From: Octopus sinensis
Lineage: Eukaryota
Assembly: GCF_006345805.1 (NCBI RefSeq)
Contig: NC_043010.1
Coordinates: forward strand, 33,728,001 to 33,792,000
Reading direction: 5' to 3'
DNA: 64,000 nt
The notes under the pieces were generated by a model. The model made no database searches, was not told the DNA's origin, and saw nothing but the letters and a program-made list of their open reading frames with translations. Positions 1 through 12,546 of this stretch are shown piece by piece. Made by a program: the position numbers and the translations under genes. Every line of letters begins with the position of its first letter. The stretch's first letter is position 1.

Positions 1-1190
1 ATGGGAGTCAGTCAGGTGGCACTGGCATTGACCACACTTGTATGGTGCTTTTTATGTGCCACTGGTATGGGAGCTAGTCTAGTGGCACTGGCATCGACCA
101 TGCTCAAATGGTGCTTTTCACGTGCCAGTCAGGCGGTACTAGCATCAGCCATGACAATAATTTCACTCGATTCAACAGGTCTTCTCAAGCACAGCATATT
201 GCCCGATGATTGAAGGCAACTTTTAAATGGGCTGGTTATGTGACACTAACATAGGCCATGGCTATGATCTCACTTGGCTTGCCTGGTCTTCTCAAGCACA
301 GTATATCTCCAAAGGTCTCAGTCACTTGTCATTGCCTCTGTGAGGCCCACCATTTGAAGGTCGTGCTTCACCACCTCATCCCAAGTCTTCCTAGATCAAC
401 CTCTTCCACAGGTTCCTTCCACTTTTAGGGTGTGATACCTCTTCACACAGCTGTCCTCATCCATACGTAACACGTGACCATACCAGCACAGTCTTCTCTC
501 TTGTAGACTATAGCCTACACCGCCAGATATTTTAAGCATCTCTGCAGTGATTCTTGATGGGTTAGGGACTTTCCCTGTCTTCATTCTGTTAATTGCTTTA
601 TCTACCAAGGTACCGTCACAATTTGGATAGCTGGTCCCTCTGTTGGGTCGACATGTGGCAGACACACTTTCTCCCATTTATTCTCTTCATTTAGCAACTT
701 TTCATAGTGGCATCTCCAAGTCTCTCTCTTTGCAGCATCATTAAATGCAAGTGAGCTATCATCCATGCAGGCGCATTTCTCTCCTTTCACATCATGATTC
801 TTTCTCACACATTGTCTTGCAACACAAAATACTTCAAGTCTTTGGTCCTCATGACGCAGAACATTGACAAACTTATTCTTATCAGCTCCCCCTCTGGCTA
901 AGTAAACCTGTCTCCAAACTTCTCTTCTGGCGATCTGATACAGTTCTCTGCTACCACCGCTCTTTCAGTTCTTCCATGCCTGTTTCTTTTCTCTAATGGC
1001 CCTGTCAACTACATTGTTCCACCACCACATTACCTTAGGTTGAGAGGGGACTTTACACCATCCAAAGATGTGATCAGTAGCCCTCAACAGGTTGTGCCAT
1101 AGGAACTTCCAGTTGCCTTCCACATTATGTAATGGTATGTCCTCCTCTTTTTCATCAGAACCTCCTCAAGAAAATGGATCATTAAAATAA
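1..1190 (-). mobile_element. RTE-clade LINE, 3' part, internally deleted (no RT domain)
   Basis: Minus-strand frames give RTE ORF2 motifs (WRCHYEKLLNEEN; ITAEMLKISGGVG joined directly to QERRLCWYGHVLRMDEDSCVK...VEGTCGRG), followed by the RTE 3'UTR seen elsewhere in the window. Confidence 0.85.
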
Positions 1191-1384
1191 AAATGTTGGT
1201 TGCAAGTGCCACTAAATGTTAGATTATATTTCTCATGAAGTGAAGATTATTTCAATAAGTCAGGAATCTATTTTGTATGGTATTTTGTATACCTTTCTTT
1301 GTCCTTGCTATCCAAACTAATGTCACTGTCCACTCTGTTATAATTATGCAAATTACCATAAGTCATAAACATGTTTTGTATATA

Positions 1385-1975
1385 GGCATGGCTGTGTGGT
1401 AAAAAGTTTGCTTTCCAACCACATGGCTCCAGGTTCAATCCCACTGTGTGGTACCTTGAGCAAGAGTTTTCTTATTTCTTTATTGCCCACAAGGGGCTAA
1501 ACATAGAGGGGACAAACAAGGACAGACAAAGGGATTAAGTCGATTATATCAACCCCAGTGCATAACTGGTACCTATTTAATCGACCCCCAAGAGGATGAA
1601 AGGCAAAGTTGACCTCAGCGGAATTTGAACTCAGAACGTAGCGGCAGACGAAATACCGCTAAGCAGTTCGTCTGGCATGCTAACATTTCTGCCAGCTCGC
1701 CACCTTACAAAAGTTTTCTACTATAGCCCTGGGCTGACTAAAGCCTTGTCAGTGGATATGGCAGGTCGAAACCAAGAGAAGCTTGTTGTATAAATATATC
1801 TTTGCGTTTGTCCTCTACCACTGCTTGACAATTGGTGTTGGTTTCTTTACATCCCCGTAGCTTAAAAGCTCAACAAATGAGACTGAAAGAATAAGTATCA
1901 GACTTTCAAAAATAAGTACTGGAATCGATTTTTGACTAAAACACTCCAAACTGCTCAAACAAGTAAAAGATTATA
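1385..1975 (+). mobile_element. Degenerate tRNA-derived SINE (family A) interrupted by a family B SINE
   Basis: Head ggcatggctgtgtggtaa...ggttcaatcccactg and tail aaacaagtaaaaga; family B copy on minus at ~1471-1701 flanked by AA(G/A)AGTTTTCT near-repeats. Confidence 0.8.
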
Positions 1976-2007
1976 TATATAAAATATATAAAAAGGTTAT
2001 ACATATA

Positions 2008-2799
2008 GGCGCAGGAGTGGCTGTGTGGTAAGTAGCTTGCTAACCAACCACATCGTTCCGGGTTCAGTCCCACTGCGTGGCATCTTGGGCAAGTGTCTTC
2101 TGCTATAGCCCCGGGCCGACCAATGCCTTGTGAGTGGATTTGGTAGACGGAAACTGGAAGAAGCCTGTCGTATATATATATATATATATGTATGCGTTTG
2201 TGTGTCTGTGTTTGTCCCCCCTAGCATTGCTTGACAACCGATGCTGGTATGTTTATGTCCCCGTTACTTAGCGGTTCAGCATAAGAGACCGATAGAATAA
2301 GTACTGGGCTTACAAACGAATAAGTCCCGGGGTCGAGTTACTCGATTAAAGGCGGTGCTCCAGCATGGCCGCAGTCATATGACAGAAACAAGTAAAGAAA
2401 AATATAGGTGTTATATACATAGGCATAGGAGTGGCTGTATAGTAAGTAGCTTGCTTACGAACCACGTGGTTCCGGGTTCAGTCCCACTGCGTGGCACCTG
2501 GGGCAAGTGTCTTCTACTATAGCCTCAGGCCGACCAAAGCCTTGTGAGTGGATTTGGTAGGCGGAAACTGAAAGAAGCCCATTGTATATATATATATGTA
2601 TGTGTGTCTGTGTTTGTCCCCCCAACATCGCTTGACAACCGATGCTGGTGTATTTACGTCCCCGTAACTTAGCGGTTTGGCAAAAGAGACTGATAGAATA
2701 AGTACTAGGCTTACAACGAATAAGTCCTGGGGTTGATTTGCTCGACTAAGGATGGTGCTCGAGCATGGCCACAGTCACATGACTGAAACAAGTAAAAGA
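2008..2799 (+). mobile_element. Two tandem family A SINEs (2008-2398, 2422-2799)
   Basis: Each has a tRNA-like head (ggcgcaggagtggctgtgtggtaag...ggttcagtccca), a central (TA/TG)n tract and the tail gactgaaacaagtaaaaga; the family recurs more than 10 times in the window. Confidence 0.9.
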
Positions 2800-3218
2800 G
2801 TATATATATATAAAATATTTATATATACATATGGCATTAGGAAGGGTATCAAGCTGCAGAAACATTGCCTGGTCATATTGGAGACTGGTGTGGCCTCCTG
2901 GCTTGGCACTCCCCAGTTAAAACTGCGTGTCCCATGCCAGCATGGAAAACGGATGTTAAATGATGAGAATAGGAATTGAACAGACAGATTGTGTTTGGGC
3001 GGGTCAGTTTGCAAGAGTATGAAAAGAATAGGACAGTTGATTAGAGATAAATATTCAGGTGGATGCAGTAAACATCATTTGGGGTAACGGTGGGTGAAGG
3101 AAATATGTATTTATCAAATACTTATCCATCTAACCTATGCCAGCATACAAAAACAGGTGTATAACAAACAAATATGTGTGTGAAGGTACATAACCTATTG
3201 TTCGGCACACAACCACAT

Positions 3219-3475
3219 ATGGCATAGTGGTTAAGAGCGCGGGCTACTAACCCCAAGATTCCAAGTTCGATTCCAAGCAGTGACCTAAACAACAACAACA
3301 ACAACAGTAATAATAATAATGACATCAAAAAATACCTTAGAAATGAGAACCCAGGTTCAAAATTTTCCCAAGACACCTGATGAAGGCTGGAGAGTATATC
3401 AGCCAAAACGTGTTAACAACAAACAAGATGAGGACAAATATCCGTCGAATGTAAATAATGTACATAATTCCTCAT
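3219..3475 (+). mobile_element. tRNA-like SINE head followed by a Penelope-type repeat with a degenerate hammerhead
   Basis: Box A/B-like ggcatagtggttaagagc...gttcgattcc; then acacCTGATGAaggctg-loop-cagccAAAAcg at 3373-3414. Confidence 0.6.
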
Positions 3476-3956
3476 CTCTTAAATATAGGACTACTAATCT
3501 TAAGATCATGAGTTTGATTCCTGACCCAAGTGATATGTTGTATCCATGTGCAAAGCACTTCTTTTGACATTGCTCCAAGTCTCCACCCAGCTGAGAACTG
3601 AGTAGCAATTGAGTGCCACTGCAGCCCTCCATATTTCCAGCTGTCACTTCTTTGATATTCTTCTGGATCATGGGTGAACCAAGCATGTCTGTGTCTGACC
3701 ATGGTGACCTTGGTATATTTGCTTGCAAGTGACAGCTGTACTTTTATATACATCACTCTGTAAAGACTTTACAGTAAAGTGGTTGACACTAGGAAGGGCA
3801 TCCAGCTGTAGAAACCATGCCAAAACAGACAGTGGAGCTTGGTGCAGTCCTCTGGCTTGTCAGCTCCTGTCAAACTGTCCAAACCATGCCAACATGGAAA
3901 ATGGACATTAAATAATGATGTTATATATGTGTGTGGTGGGAGTGTGCTAAATATGA

Positions 3957-4295
3957 AGGCACATGGCTCAGTGGTTAAAGTGTCAGACTCACAATCATGA
4001 GATAGTGAGTTCAATTCCTGGACCAAGCTGTGTGTTGTGTCCTTGAGCAAGACACTTTATTTCATGTTGCTCCAGTTCACTCAGCTGTAGAAATGAGATG
4101 CGATGTCACTGGTGCTAAGCTATATCAGCCTTTGCCTTTCCCTTGGATAACATCGGTGACATGGAGTGGGGAGGCTGGTAGGCATGGGTGACTGCTGGTC
4201 TTCCATAAACAACCTTGCACAGATTTGTGCCTCAGAGGAGAACTTTCTAGGTGCAATCCCATGGTCATTCATGACCAAAGGGAATCTTTACCCTT
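3957..4295 (+). mobile_element. tRNA-derived SINE (family C); second copy at ~18950-19262
   Basis: ggcacatggctcagtggtt...gagttcaattcc head, then gtgtccttgagcaagacacttt...cactcagctgtagaaatg; the two copies align along their length. Confidence 0.8.
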
Positions 4296-4910
4296 TATGT
4301 GGCTAAGCAGTTTGCTTCCCAACTATGTGGTCTGCAATTCAATCCTACTGCATGGCACCTTGGGCATGTGTCTTTTACCCAAACTTCAGACCAACAAAAA
4401 CCCTCTGAGTGAATTTGTTTGACAGAAATTGAAAGAAACCTGTTGTATATGAATGTGTGTGAGTGTACCCTTGTCTAGAAATCATGTGATGGTTGTAAAT
4501 GATTATCACTATCATAAAAGCAATGTTGCTCATTTTCATTCTTGTGTGAAAAGCATGTCTGATCATGGGGAAATATTTAATTGCTTGGAAACAAATGAGG
4601 ATTCACGACAGGTAAGGCATTTGGCTGTAGAAAATGTAACTCAACAAATTATGTCTGGAGAAGTTGACATTAAATGATGATGTATGTATATATCTTTTTG
4701 CCTATATGCTTACTTTACTATCTGCCTCTCTATATACCTGTCTCTTTCACACACACGAATATATATGTTTCTATGTGTTTCTGTCTAATTAAGCATCTTG
4801 TTTGTTGTTTGTCTTCTTGTTTATCCAACCATCAATATATGTATAACTATTAACCTATTTATGTATCTGAAAAAATATTTATGCCTGTCAATATCTATGG
4901 TGACAGCTAT

Positions 4911-4996
<86 letters not shown>

Positions 4997-5003
4997 AAAT
5001 ATA

Positions 5004-5219
5004 TGAAGGAATGCTGAAAAGTTCCTGGCTTTAAGAGTATTACAAAAGACCTGGTTAGAGGCCCAACATTTCAAGTTCTTTTACAGTTCTTAGAAAAACT
5101 GAAGGACTGCTGCAATAAGTGTGTGAATCTGAGAGGGGAATATGTTCGATAAAACCATAATTGACCAATCCTCCTGTATTTTCTATTACCCAAAACCAGG
5201 AACTTTCAGGCATCCCTTG
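5004..5219. mobile_element. Mariner-derived MITE
   Basis: ~27-bp imperfect TIRs (gaaggaatgctgaaaagttcctgg / ccaggaactttcaggcatcccttg) flanked by TA. Confidence 0.8.
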
Positions 5220-6080
5220 TACATGTATATATGTATGTATGTATGTAGGTATGTATCTATCTATCTATATATATGTGTGTGTGTGTGTGTATATATATAT
5301 ATACACACACATCTATGTAGCTATCAAATTGTCTCCCTAACTATCTATCCATAGTTTATTTCTCTTTGTTCATCCATTTGTCTGTCTAAATAACTGTCCA
5401 TCTCTCTTGCCTCCCTCCTTCTCTCCTAGTTAGTTCAGCTCCTCCTCTTGACATCTAGCTTATTTGCCCCCCCCCCCCCACACACACACACACTCATGCA
5501 TCCCCACCCTCCTTCTCTCTTTGCTATCTGAATAAATGTCAAGGAAAGAAAGATGTTTACAGTTTAGTGCAGCCAGAAGAGACATCCACAGTTACCACAG
5601 CAACAGTCTCCTGAATTCTTGTTATATTTGTCACATCACCTGCGCAACAAACCTACCCGCCCATACCCACTTCTCTCTCCTTCATGTTGATATTAAACTC
5701 TGCACTCTCTTTAGTTTTATTAAATATATACATGTACACACACACACACTCACAATCCATCTCTGCCTCTCTCTTTCTCCTATTGACGCACAAAATATCC
5801 CTTTCTCCGTCACCTGATTTCTGTTGCATACACATGCACACACACAGACACACACACTCTCATACTATCATGCAAACTCTCTCCCTTTTATCTCTCTATC
5901 TATCTGTCTATTTATTTATTTCTATCTTTCAGCTGTATACAGTTGATTGTTATCTATGGTTAAGTTGTTGTTTAACCCAGGGCAGACCTGATTGAGAAAA
6001 CTTATGATCAGGGATTTTTCCAACTGTGACCATTCTATATCATTTTGAAGAGTATTGTATTAAATATGTTAGAGTATGAT

Positions 6081-6303
6081 TTGACCCTTTTGTATTTAAA
6101 CTGGCCACATCCAGCCAAAAATTCTCTACTTGTTTTATGTCCAATCTGGCCAAATCTGGCCTCTCACACCTACCCAACAATGTCATTCAAAACCTAAACA
6201 ATCACATCACTGAAATCTCAAAGCTACAAGATAATGCAGGAATAATTCCAATCAATGTGAATAAATAAGCATTACATTTGACAGAGTAACCCGAACGCTG
6301 AAA
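6081..6303. mobile_element. piggyBac-like MITE; related copies at ~16881-17104 and ~17170-17260
   Basis: Shared internal sequence (ctctcacacctacc...aatgtcatt...tttgacagagtaa); decayed ttaaccc/gggttaa-like ends. Confidence 0.55.
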
Positions 6304-6494
6304 CACTAGGGTCGATGTAATTGAATAGACCCTCCCCGAAATTTCAGCCTTTTGCTATTAGTAGAAAGGATTATATCTTCCATTAGGGATCTGAAAGAAA
6401 TAAAATCCCTTTTCATTGTTTTGAAAAGAAGAATATGCTTATAATTAAGTATCCTGAAACCCAGTGTACATATATATATATATATAAGGAGAAT

Positions 6495-6665
6495 TCACAA
6501 AAAAAAAAAAGACAAAGATAGGTTGTGTAGACAACAAACAGATGTATTAGTTTAATGCTCAGGAAGTGAAAAAATCTTTAACGTTTTGAGCCTACGCTCT
6601 TCCACAGAAAGAAACAAGGAGAGAAAATAAAGAATGTGTAGTGGCTAGTGATCTATCATGGTAAA
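6495..6665 (-). mobile_element. Penelope-type repeat with a degenerate hammerhead
   Basis: Minus strand ctttCTGTGGAagagc-gtag-gctcAAAAcgttaaag at 6575-6611; same architecture as the intact motif at 39975-40009. Confidence 0.55.
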
Positions 6666-6673
6666 TATATATA

Positions 6674-6732
<59 letters not shown>

Positions 6733-7694
6733 GTGTGTGTGTGTGTATATACTAGGTTTGAGGAGTATTTGAGAATGAACACAAGCAGGGTTCAAAATTC
6801 ACAGCTGTTTCAGTAGCATTTTATTGATGCATTCTTAGATTACATCATAGCAAAACCGCACCATCATCAAGTAAATTTTAAACATATATATATGCAGGCA
6901 AGTTAAAACCAGAAGAACTAAGAACAATGAGGTCAAATCAATCCTATTTTTCATCTTAGTTTATAGTTCTGACCTGCTGCAAACAAGCCACTTGGCTATC
7001 AGTAAATGACATGTTCAAGAGAGGTTGTTCTAAATGTTTGAAATGAATCATTTCTAAAATTACTATTTTCCACACTTGAAATTTTGTCTCTAGGGTGTAT
7101 CAACATTATAATAAAGATAGCTGCATATTTAGTTGGCATTATGTAACTTTTACTAAAAGAAAGTAATTATTAAAGACTTACAATATTGAAAAAATACGTA
7201 TTCCAATTTTAATTTTTTTTTTTTATCAAACTGAGGCTTTGAAGTTTCTTTTCTTATTGAAAATTCAAGTTTACACATCAGTCACAAAATGATTTTTATC
7301 CCCTGCAATCAATCATTAAACAAATTTTTAGTCACTGTGACTTATCTCTCTCTCTCTCTTCCTCCCTCCTTTTCAACTGTTTTCATTAAAAATAAGTGAT
7401 TGCACAGTTTTTCTTTAGAGAGAATTTTTGTGAACATGTCTACTAATCCATCATTCTTGGCAGGTACTTTATTTATTAATCCAAAAAAGAATAAAAGGCA
7501 ACGTCCATCTTGACCGGATTTGAACTAAAAGCCTTCTGTCCAACACTAACAATTCTTCCAATATGCTTTTTACTAACCAACCAAGCAATGGATTGTCACT
7601 TTGACTACAAGATGATATGAGAAGTTATTAGCCCTAACAAAAATGTTAACCCTATAAAATAAAGATTTTTACCCTAAACTGACAAGATCCAAGA

Positions 7695-8135
7695 GCACAT
7701 CCTCTGATAACTCACAGATGGTGAGTTATCAGAGGATGTGCAGATTAGTTACAGTTCAATTCAGTCCATTAACACTGCAGATTTGGGTATGATACGTGTG
7801 TCTGCCAAAACTGCTTTCAGTTGACCAAAAAAGACACTTGGGTTTCAGTTGCACAAAATCTTGATTGTGTGGAGAACAATGAAAACTTTGTGTAGTCCTC
7901 TGAGCAGGTGTCACCAAGCTTTTGTCAAAATTTGATGCAGATTCTCTGCTCAACTTTGTTGTGGTCAATGCGATTATCACACACTACACACCTTCCTTCC
8001 AAGCAGTGCTGTAAACAGCAGAAGTGAGCAAGAACATTAAAACTTAGTGCACATGCACAACAGAGTTTGAGCTCAATCTGTGTCAAGAAGCTCCACTCTA
8101 TGTGCTTTAGCTTCATTACTATGGCAACCGACTGG
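7695..8135. mobile_element. Rearranged mariner transposase remnants
   Basis: Plus 7722-7890 reads ELSEDVQISYSSIQSI.TADLGMIRVSAK..LLSVDQK; minus ~7890-7990 reads EQRICIKF...LGDTCSE (mariner N-terminus). The pieces are in opposite orientation. Confidence 0.75.
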
Positions 8136-8182
8136 TTATTTATTGATCAGACCATGTATGAAAGTATATGTGTATCTGTCTA

Positions 8183-8227
<45 letters not shown>

Positions 8228-8509
8228 TTATATATATATATATAAAATGTATTTGTATATATAAACACACATGCACATATATATACTTCATGGTGGACTA
8301 AATGTATGTATATATATATATATGTATGTATATATGCCTATATTTATGTATTTGTACATATATATGTGTGTGTGTGTGTGTATATATTTAGAGATGTATT
8401 CCTTGAAGATTTTGATGAAATAGATGATACAGCATCACATAACATGGAGGACAACTTCGGGATTCCTATGGGACAACCTGTTGAAGGCTACTAATCAGAC
8501 CTGTGGCTG

Positions 8510-8775
8510 GTGTAAAGTACCCTCTTGACCGAAATGATAAGACAACAAAAGAACGAAAGAGACCTCGATATGTAAATAGAGGAATTTATCTGTAAATATA
8601 ATATGTGACAATTATTCGATAGCCATGATAAAACTCTGAGTTTCGGATGTTGGGGCATCAAAAAATGCTATCAAACGGGTCATTTTCATAGCATTTTTTC
8701 GATGGCCAGATAACTGAAGAGATAGCGGTGTGGGTTTCTGCCCCGACATCCGAAACTAGGAGTTTTATCATTGTT
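8510..8775 (+). mobile_element. Penelope-type terminal repeat with an internal inverted repeat and a hammerhead motif
   Basis: 33-bp inverted repeat 8625-8657 / 8739-8771; hammerhead core at 8709-8769. Confidence 0.6.
8709..8769 (+). ncRNA. Putative type I hammerhead ribozyme
   Basis: gataa-CTGAAGA-[stem II]-GAAA-ct-agg-ag-T-T-ttatc: 5-bp stem I, short stem III, intact core; stem II imperfect. Confidence 0.55.
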
Positions 8776-8807
<32 letters not shown>

Positions 8808-9472
8808 TATATTATGTGGACAATATCTTCAACCAAGGCATTATAACCGTTTCTGATTCTTCAAGTGCTTCAGTTCTGTGTAAGTACATATATTTACTAG
8901 GTAGCTAACATTTAGCAATAGTTTCTCCCATTGTGTTGAAGCGCCATTTTCTATCATTAATAAAACTCGGCATTATTGACGACACAGGTATGCTAGTAAT
9001 ATAATGACGGACTTATTATATACAGTGCTCAGTTGTACTACAACTCATAAGAAAAAGTAACCAAAAGTGTATGAACAGTACACAGAATAAAGCACAAGAA
9101 GTGAGCCATTTAACAAACGGGGGACACATCAGGGTACTGTCGACAAATTTCAGGAAGCATGGAAGTTTTGAAGGATGCAGTGTTCCAACTATGCAGATAG
9201 TTTATTCCATGTTTCAACAACTCTGAGCATGAGAAACTGTTCCCGAAAGTCATGGGTGTTGGGCTGTTTTTTTGATTTCGTAAGCATGTCCGAGAGTGTT
9301 AGAAATATGGAATTCAGGTGAATGCATTCGCAACACTGTAGTTATCAAAACACCAATCCTGCAAAAAATATAAAGAATTCTTTTCCACTCTAGGCACAAG
9401 GCCCGAAATTTTTGTGGAGGGGGCCAATCGATTAGATTCAGCCCAGTACACAACTGGTAAAACTATAAAATA

Positions 9473-9998
9473 TTTTGTTGTGTCTGGGGAGAGTCATTTT
9501 CTTTTTGTGCCTTATAATTTAACACACTCACCAGTAAAATTTCTACTTATTTTTATTTTCCTAAAATTTTTGTTGCGTCTTGACATGCATACACAAGGAG
9601 ACAGAGGTGCATACATATACAAACACATGCTCACACACATACATAGGAAATACACAAACATGGACATGCAAGCACATGAATATGCAGAATACATACATAC
9701 AGATGCACACACATACATACATATATACATATGTATACACATATACATACACACATATGCATACATACATACATACATATGTACATGCATAGGCACACAC
9801 ACACACACTGACCCATATACGTGCGTAACAAACAAAAAGGAGTGTAAATAACGGACAGAGTCAAGACTATTGAAAAGGCTGCAAGACGCAACGAAAATTT
9901 TAGGAAAATAAAAATAATAAATAAGTGGAAATTTTACCGGTGAGTGTGGTAAATTATAAGGCACAAAAAGAAAATGACTCTTCCCAGACACAACAGAA
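9473..9998. mobile_element. MITE with long (~110-120 bp) TIRs and a central CA/TA microsatellite
   Basis: 9470-9582 is the reverse complement of 9882-10001 at high identity; TA flanks suggest Tc1/mariner origin. Confidence 0.8.
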
Positions 9999-10509
9999 TA
10001 TGCTTCAATACATGAACTCATATAAAGAATCTTGCAAACCAAATCCAAAAGCGAAATATAAAATATTTAAGAAAAAACAAAATTTCATCTTCAGTGGTAA
10101 TAAAAAGCAATGTGTCAAACAGCAAAATGAATGACTATACAAACGATAAAGGAAGAAAAGACAGATATTTTTGGTTAATAAATTTAATTAGAAACTTTAT
10201 GGTTATCAACATAATGTTATTAGCACACACTCATTATGAAAAGATTATATAAATAGACACACAGATACATACATGTGTATGTGTGTAATTTAAAACTAAG
10301 AAAATAAACTTGTGGTGTGTGTGCACACGCGCACCTGATAAACAGGCATTTGAAACTCTGAGTAGCAGTTTTCGTGATGTTCTTGCAGCTTTAATAATAG
10401 AAAAAGCATATTACTCTGCTTTTTTTTCCACCTTGTTTTGTGTCTATGTGCTTACTCATGTGTGTGTGTGTATATATATATATATATACACACACATGCA
10501 CCACATACA

Positions 10510-10700
10510 TAGAGTCCTCCAAAAAATGTATATACACTTCAGGAAAGGTAAAAATCTGTATAAATATTTAACTTGTACAACTACCCCTATAAATATAGAT
10601 ACCCCTTTCAATGTTTTATCAAATTGCAATAACACTGAATTCAAGTATTTATAGATTTTTCCTTTCCTGAATTTGGAATACATTTTTTTGGCAGACTCTG
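10510..10700. mobile_element. Small Tc1/mariner-like MITE
   Basis: ~58-bp imperfect inverted repeats agagtcctccaaaaaatgtat...aaatattt / aagtattt...tttttggcagactct, right end followed by TA. Confidence 0.65.
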
Positions 10701-11402
10701 TATATATACACACACACTGCAACTTAATTTTCTTTGTTCTAAATTGCACACACACACATATATAAATGTATACACACACATGCATTTTTCTTAGTTCTAA
10801 TATGTGTGAGTGCGTCTATGAAAAAAAAAAAACTCAAAATTCCATTACTAAGACAATACATTTAAAGAAATCATTAAATTTCCTAAAATTTCTCTCACCT
10901 TTCTTTAGGAAGTCTCTCTTATATGTAAAGTGGTTCTGATTTAGGAATAGGACGGATTGGTAGACCCTTTACAAATAAGTGACACAACCCCAATAATCTC
11001 CCAGTCTATTTATGAACTACATCCAAGTGAATGTGAAGGAGGATCCATGATCATCCTTTAAAATCAGGAAATAAAATATGTGATTCTGATGGAGTACACC
11101 ATACTGAAATATAGCTAGAATCCGAATATTTTTCTCCATAGACCGGACGTCTGTTATGTGATTTTATTTTGTCTGAGACCAAAATTAGATTCAAACAATT
11201 GCTGTCAATTGAAACACAGCATAATTATTTCATTGCAATTCTCATTACATTTGGATTATTATTATTATTATTATTTCTTTCCCCAAAATTACTAAACCTC
11301 AAAATTTTGCATGCTGTTTGAAAAGTGAAACAAATTTTTTTATGAATTAGTTTTGCATGTATGCCCATATGCATACATATTGTATACACAATGCATGTAT
11401 GG

Positions 11403-11440
<38 letters not shown>

Positions 11441-11849
11441 TATATATATCATTGTTTAAACGTCCACTTTTCCATGCTTGCATTGGTTGGACGGAATTTG
11501 TTTTGAGACAGATTTTCAACACCTGAAAGCTGTTCCTGCCATCAAAGCTTATCTATTTCCAAGTGTGTTAATATTTCCCCATGTTTCTACAGGACACTGT
11601 AAACAAATGGCACTACAGTGACAACAAATGACAGCAATGCTTGATTAAAACTATTGCATGATGTGTCTAAGTATGGAGACAGAAACACATACTCACATAC
11701 ACAAACACACATACACACACATACATATATATATATACACACACAATGGGCTTTATTTAGTTTTCATCTACCAAATTCATTCACAAGGCTTTGGTCAACA
11801 AAACGCTGTATCAGAAGACTATTGTTGTTGTTGTTTCATCCTTTAGAAG

Positions 11850-12152
11850 GAACAGTTGTTTGTTCCTTCTCGAGCCACGCCTGGCTCATAAGGGCCAGTT
11901 TCCTTGGCATATAGGTTCCCCACCTGGACAGGACACCGGTCCATCGCAGGTGAGCTGCAAGATGCAGGAGGAAAGAGTGAGAGAAAGTTGTAGGGAAAGA
12001 GTCAGCAGAAATTTGCCATTACCTTCTGCCGGAACCGCATGGGGCTTAGGTGTTTCGCTCATAAACACAAACATTACCCAGTCTGAGATTCGAACCCGCG
12101 ATCCCCCGATCGCGAATCCGCTGCTCTAACCACTAGGCCATGTGCCTCCACA
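11850..12152 (-). mobile_element. tRNA-derived SINE (family D) inserted in a family A SINE remnant
   Basis: Minus head ggaggcacatggcctagtggttagagc...ggttcgaatc and body cctgcgatggaccggtgtcctgtccagg; flanks are family A pieces. Confidence 0.75.
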
Positions 12153-12546
12153 TTAGAAGGCTATATAGTTTATATATACTGTGAAACTGAACCTGAAAAC
12201 ATTTGAGTTAGAAAGGAACTTCTTACTTACACAGCCAAATGTATTTTATACACACAAAATTGCATGGCCAAGTGGTTTTTAAACATTTAATTTACTCTAC
12301 AGACTGCAGATTTTGGGTACTTTGGCAAGTATCTTCTTCCACACCCTCACATTGGCCAATGCTGTGCAAGTGAAATTTGGTAGGTGGAAACTATGTAGAA
12401 GCATGTCAGATGAACTGAAGCTGAGAGTTTTCCTAAAGATTATGTTGGGTGAACAAACACCTGTGGAGTACTCAACCACATGGACTACAATTCAATGAGG
12501 AAATAATTCAGTTGATTGAACAACTAATGCATTCATTCATTCAAAT

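Noticed and set aside
3219-3285. tRNA gene candidates (also ~3957, ~12090 and the family A heads)
   Set aside because: They have box A/B but no full cloverleaf, and each continues into a SINE body.
5560-5645. Possible minus-strand terminal exon GDVTNITRIQETVAV...
   Set aside because: Weak acceptor, no recognisable homology and no partner exons.
10895-11175. Minus-strand segment bounded by AG and GT
   Set aside because: Stops in all three frames.
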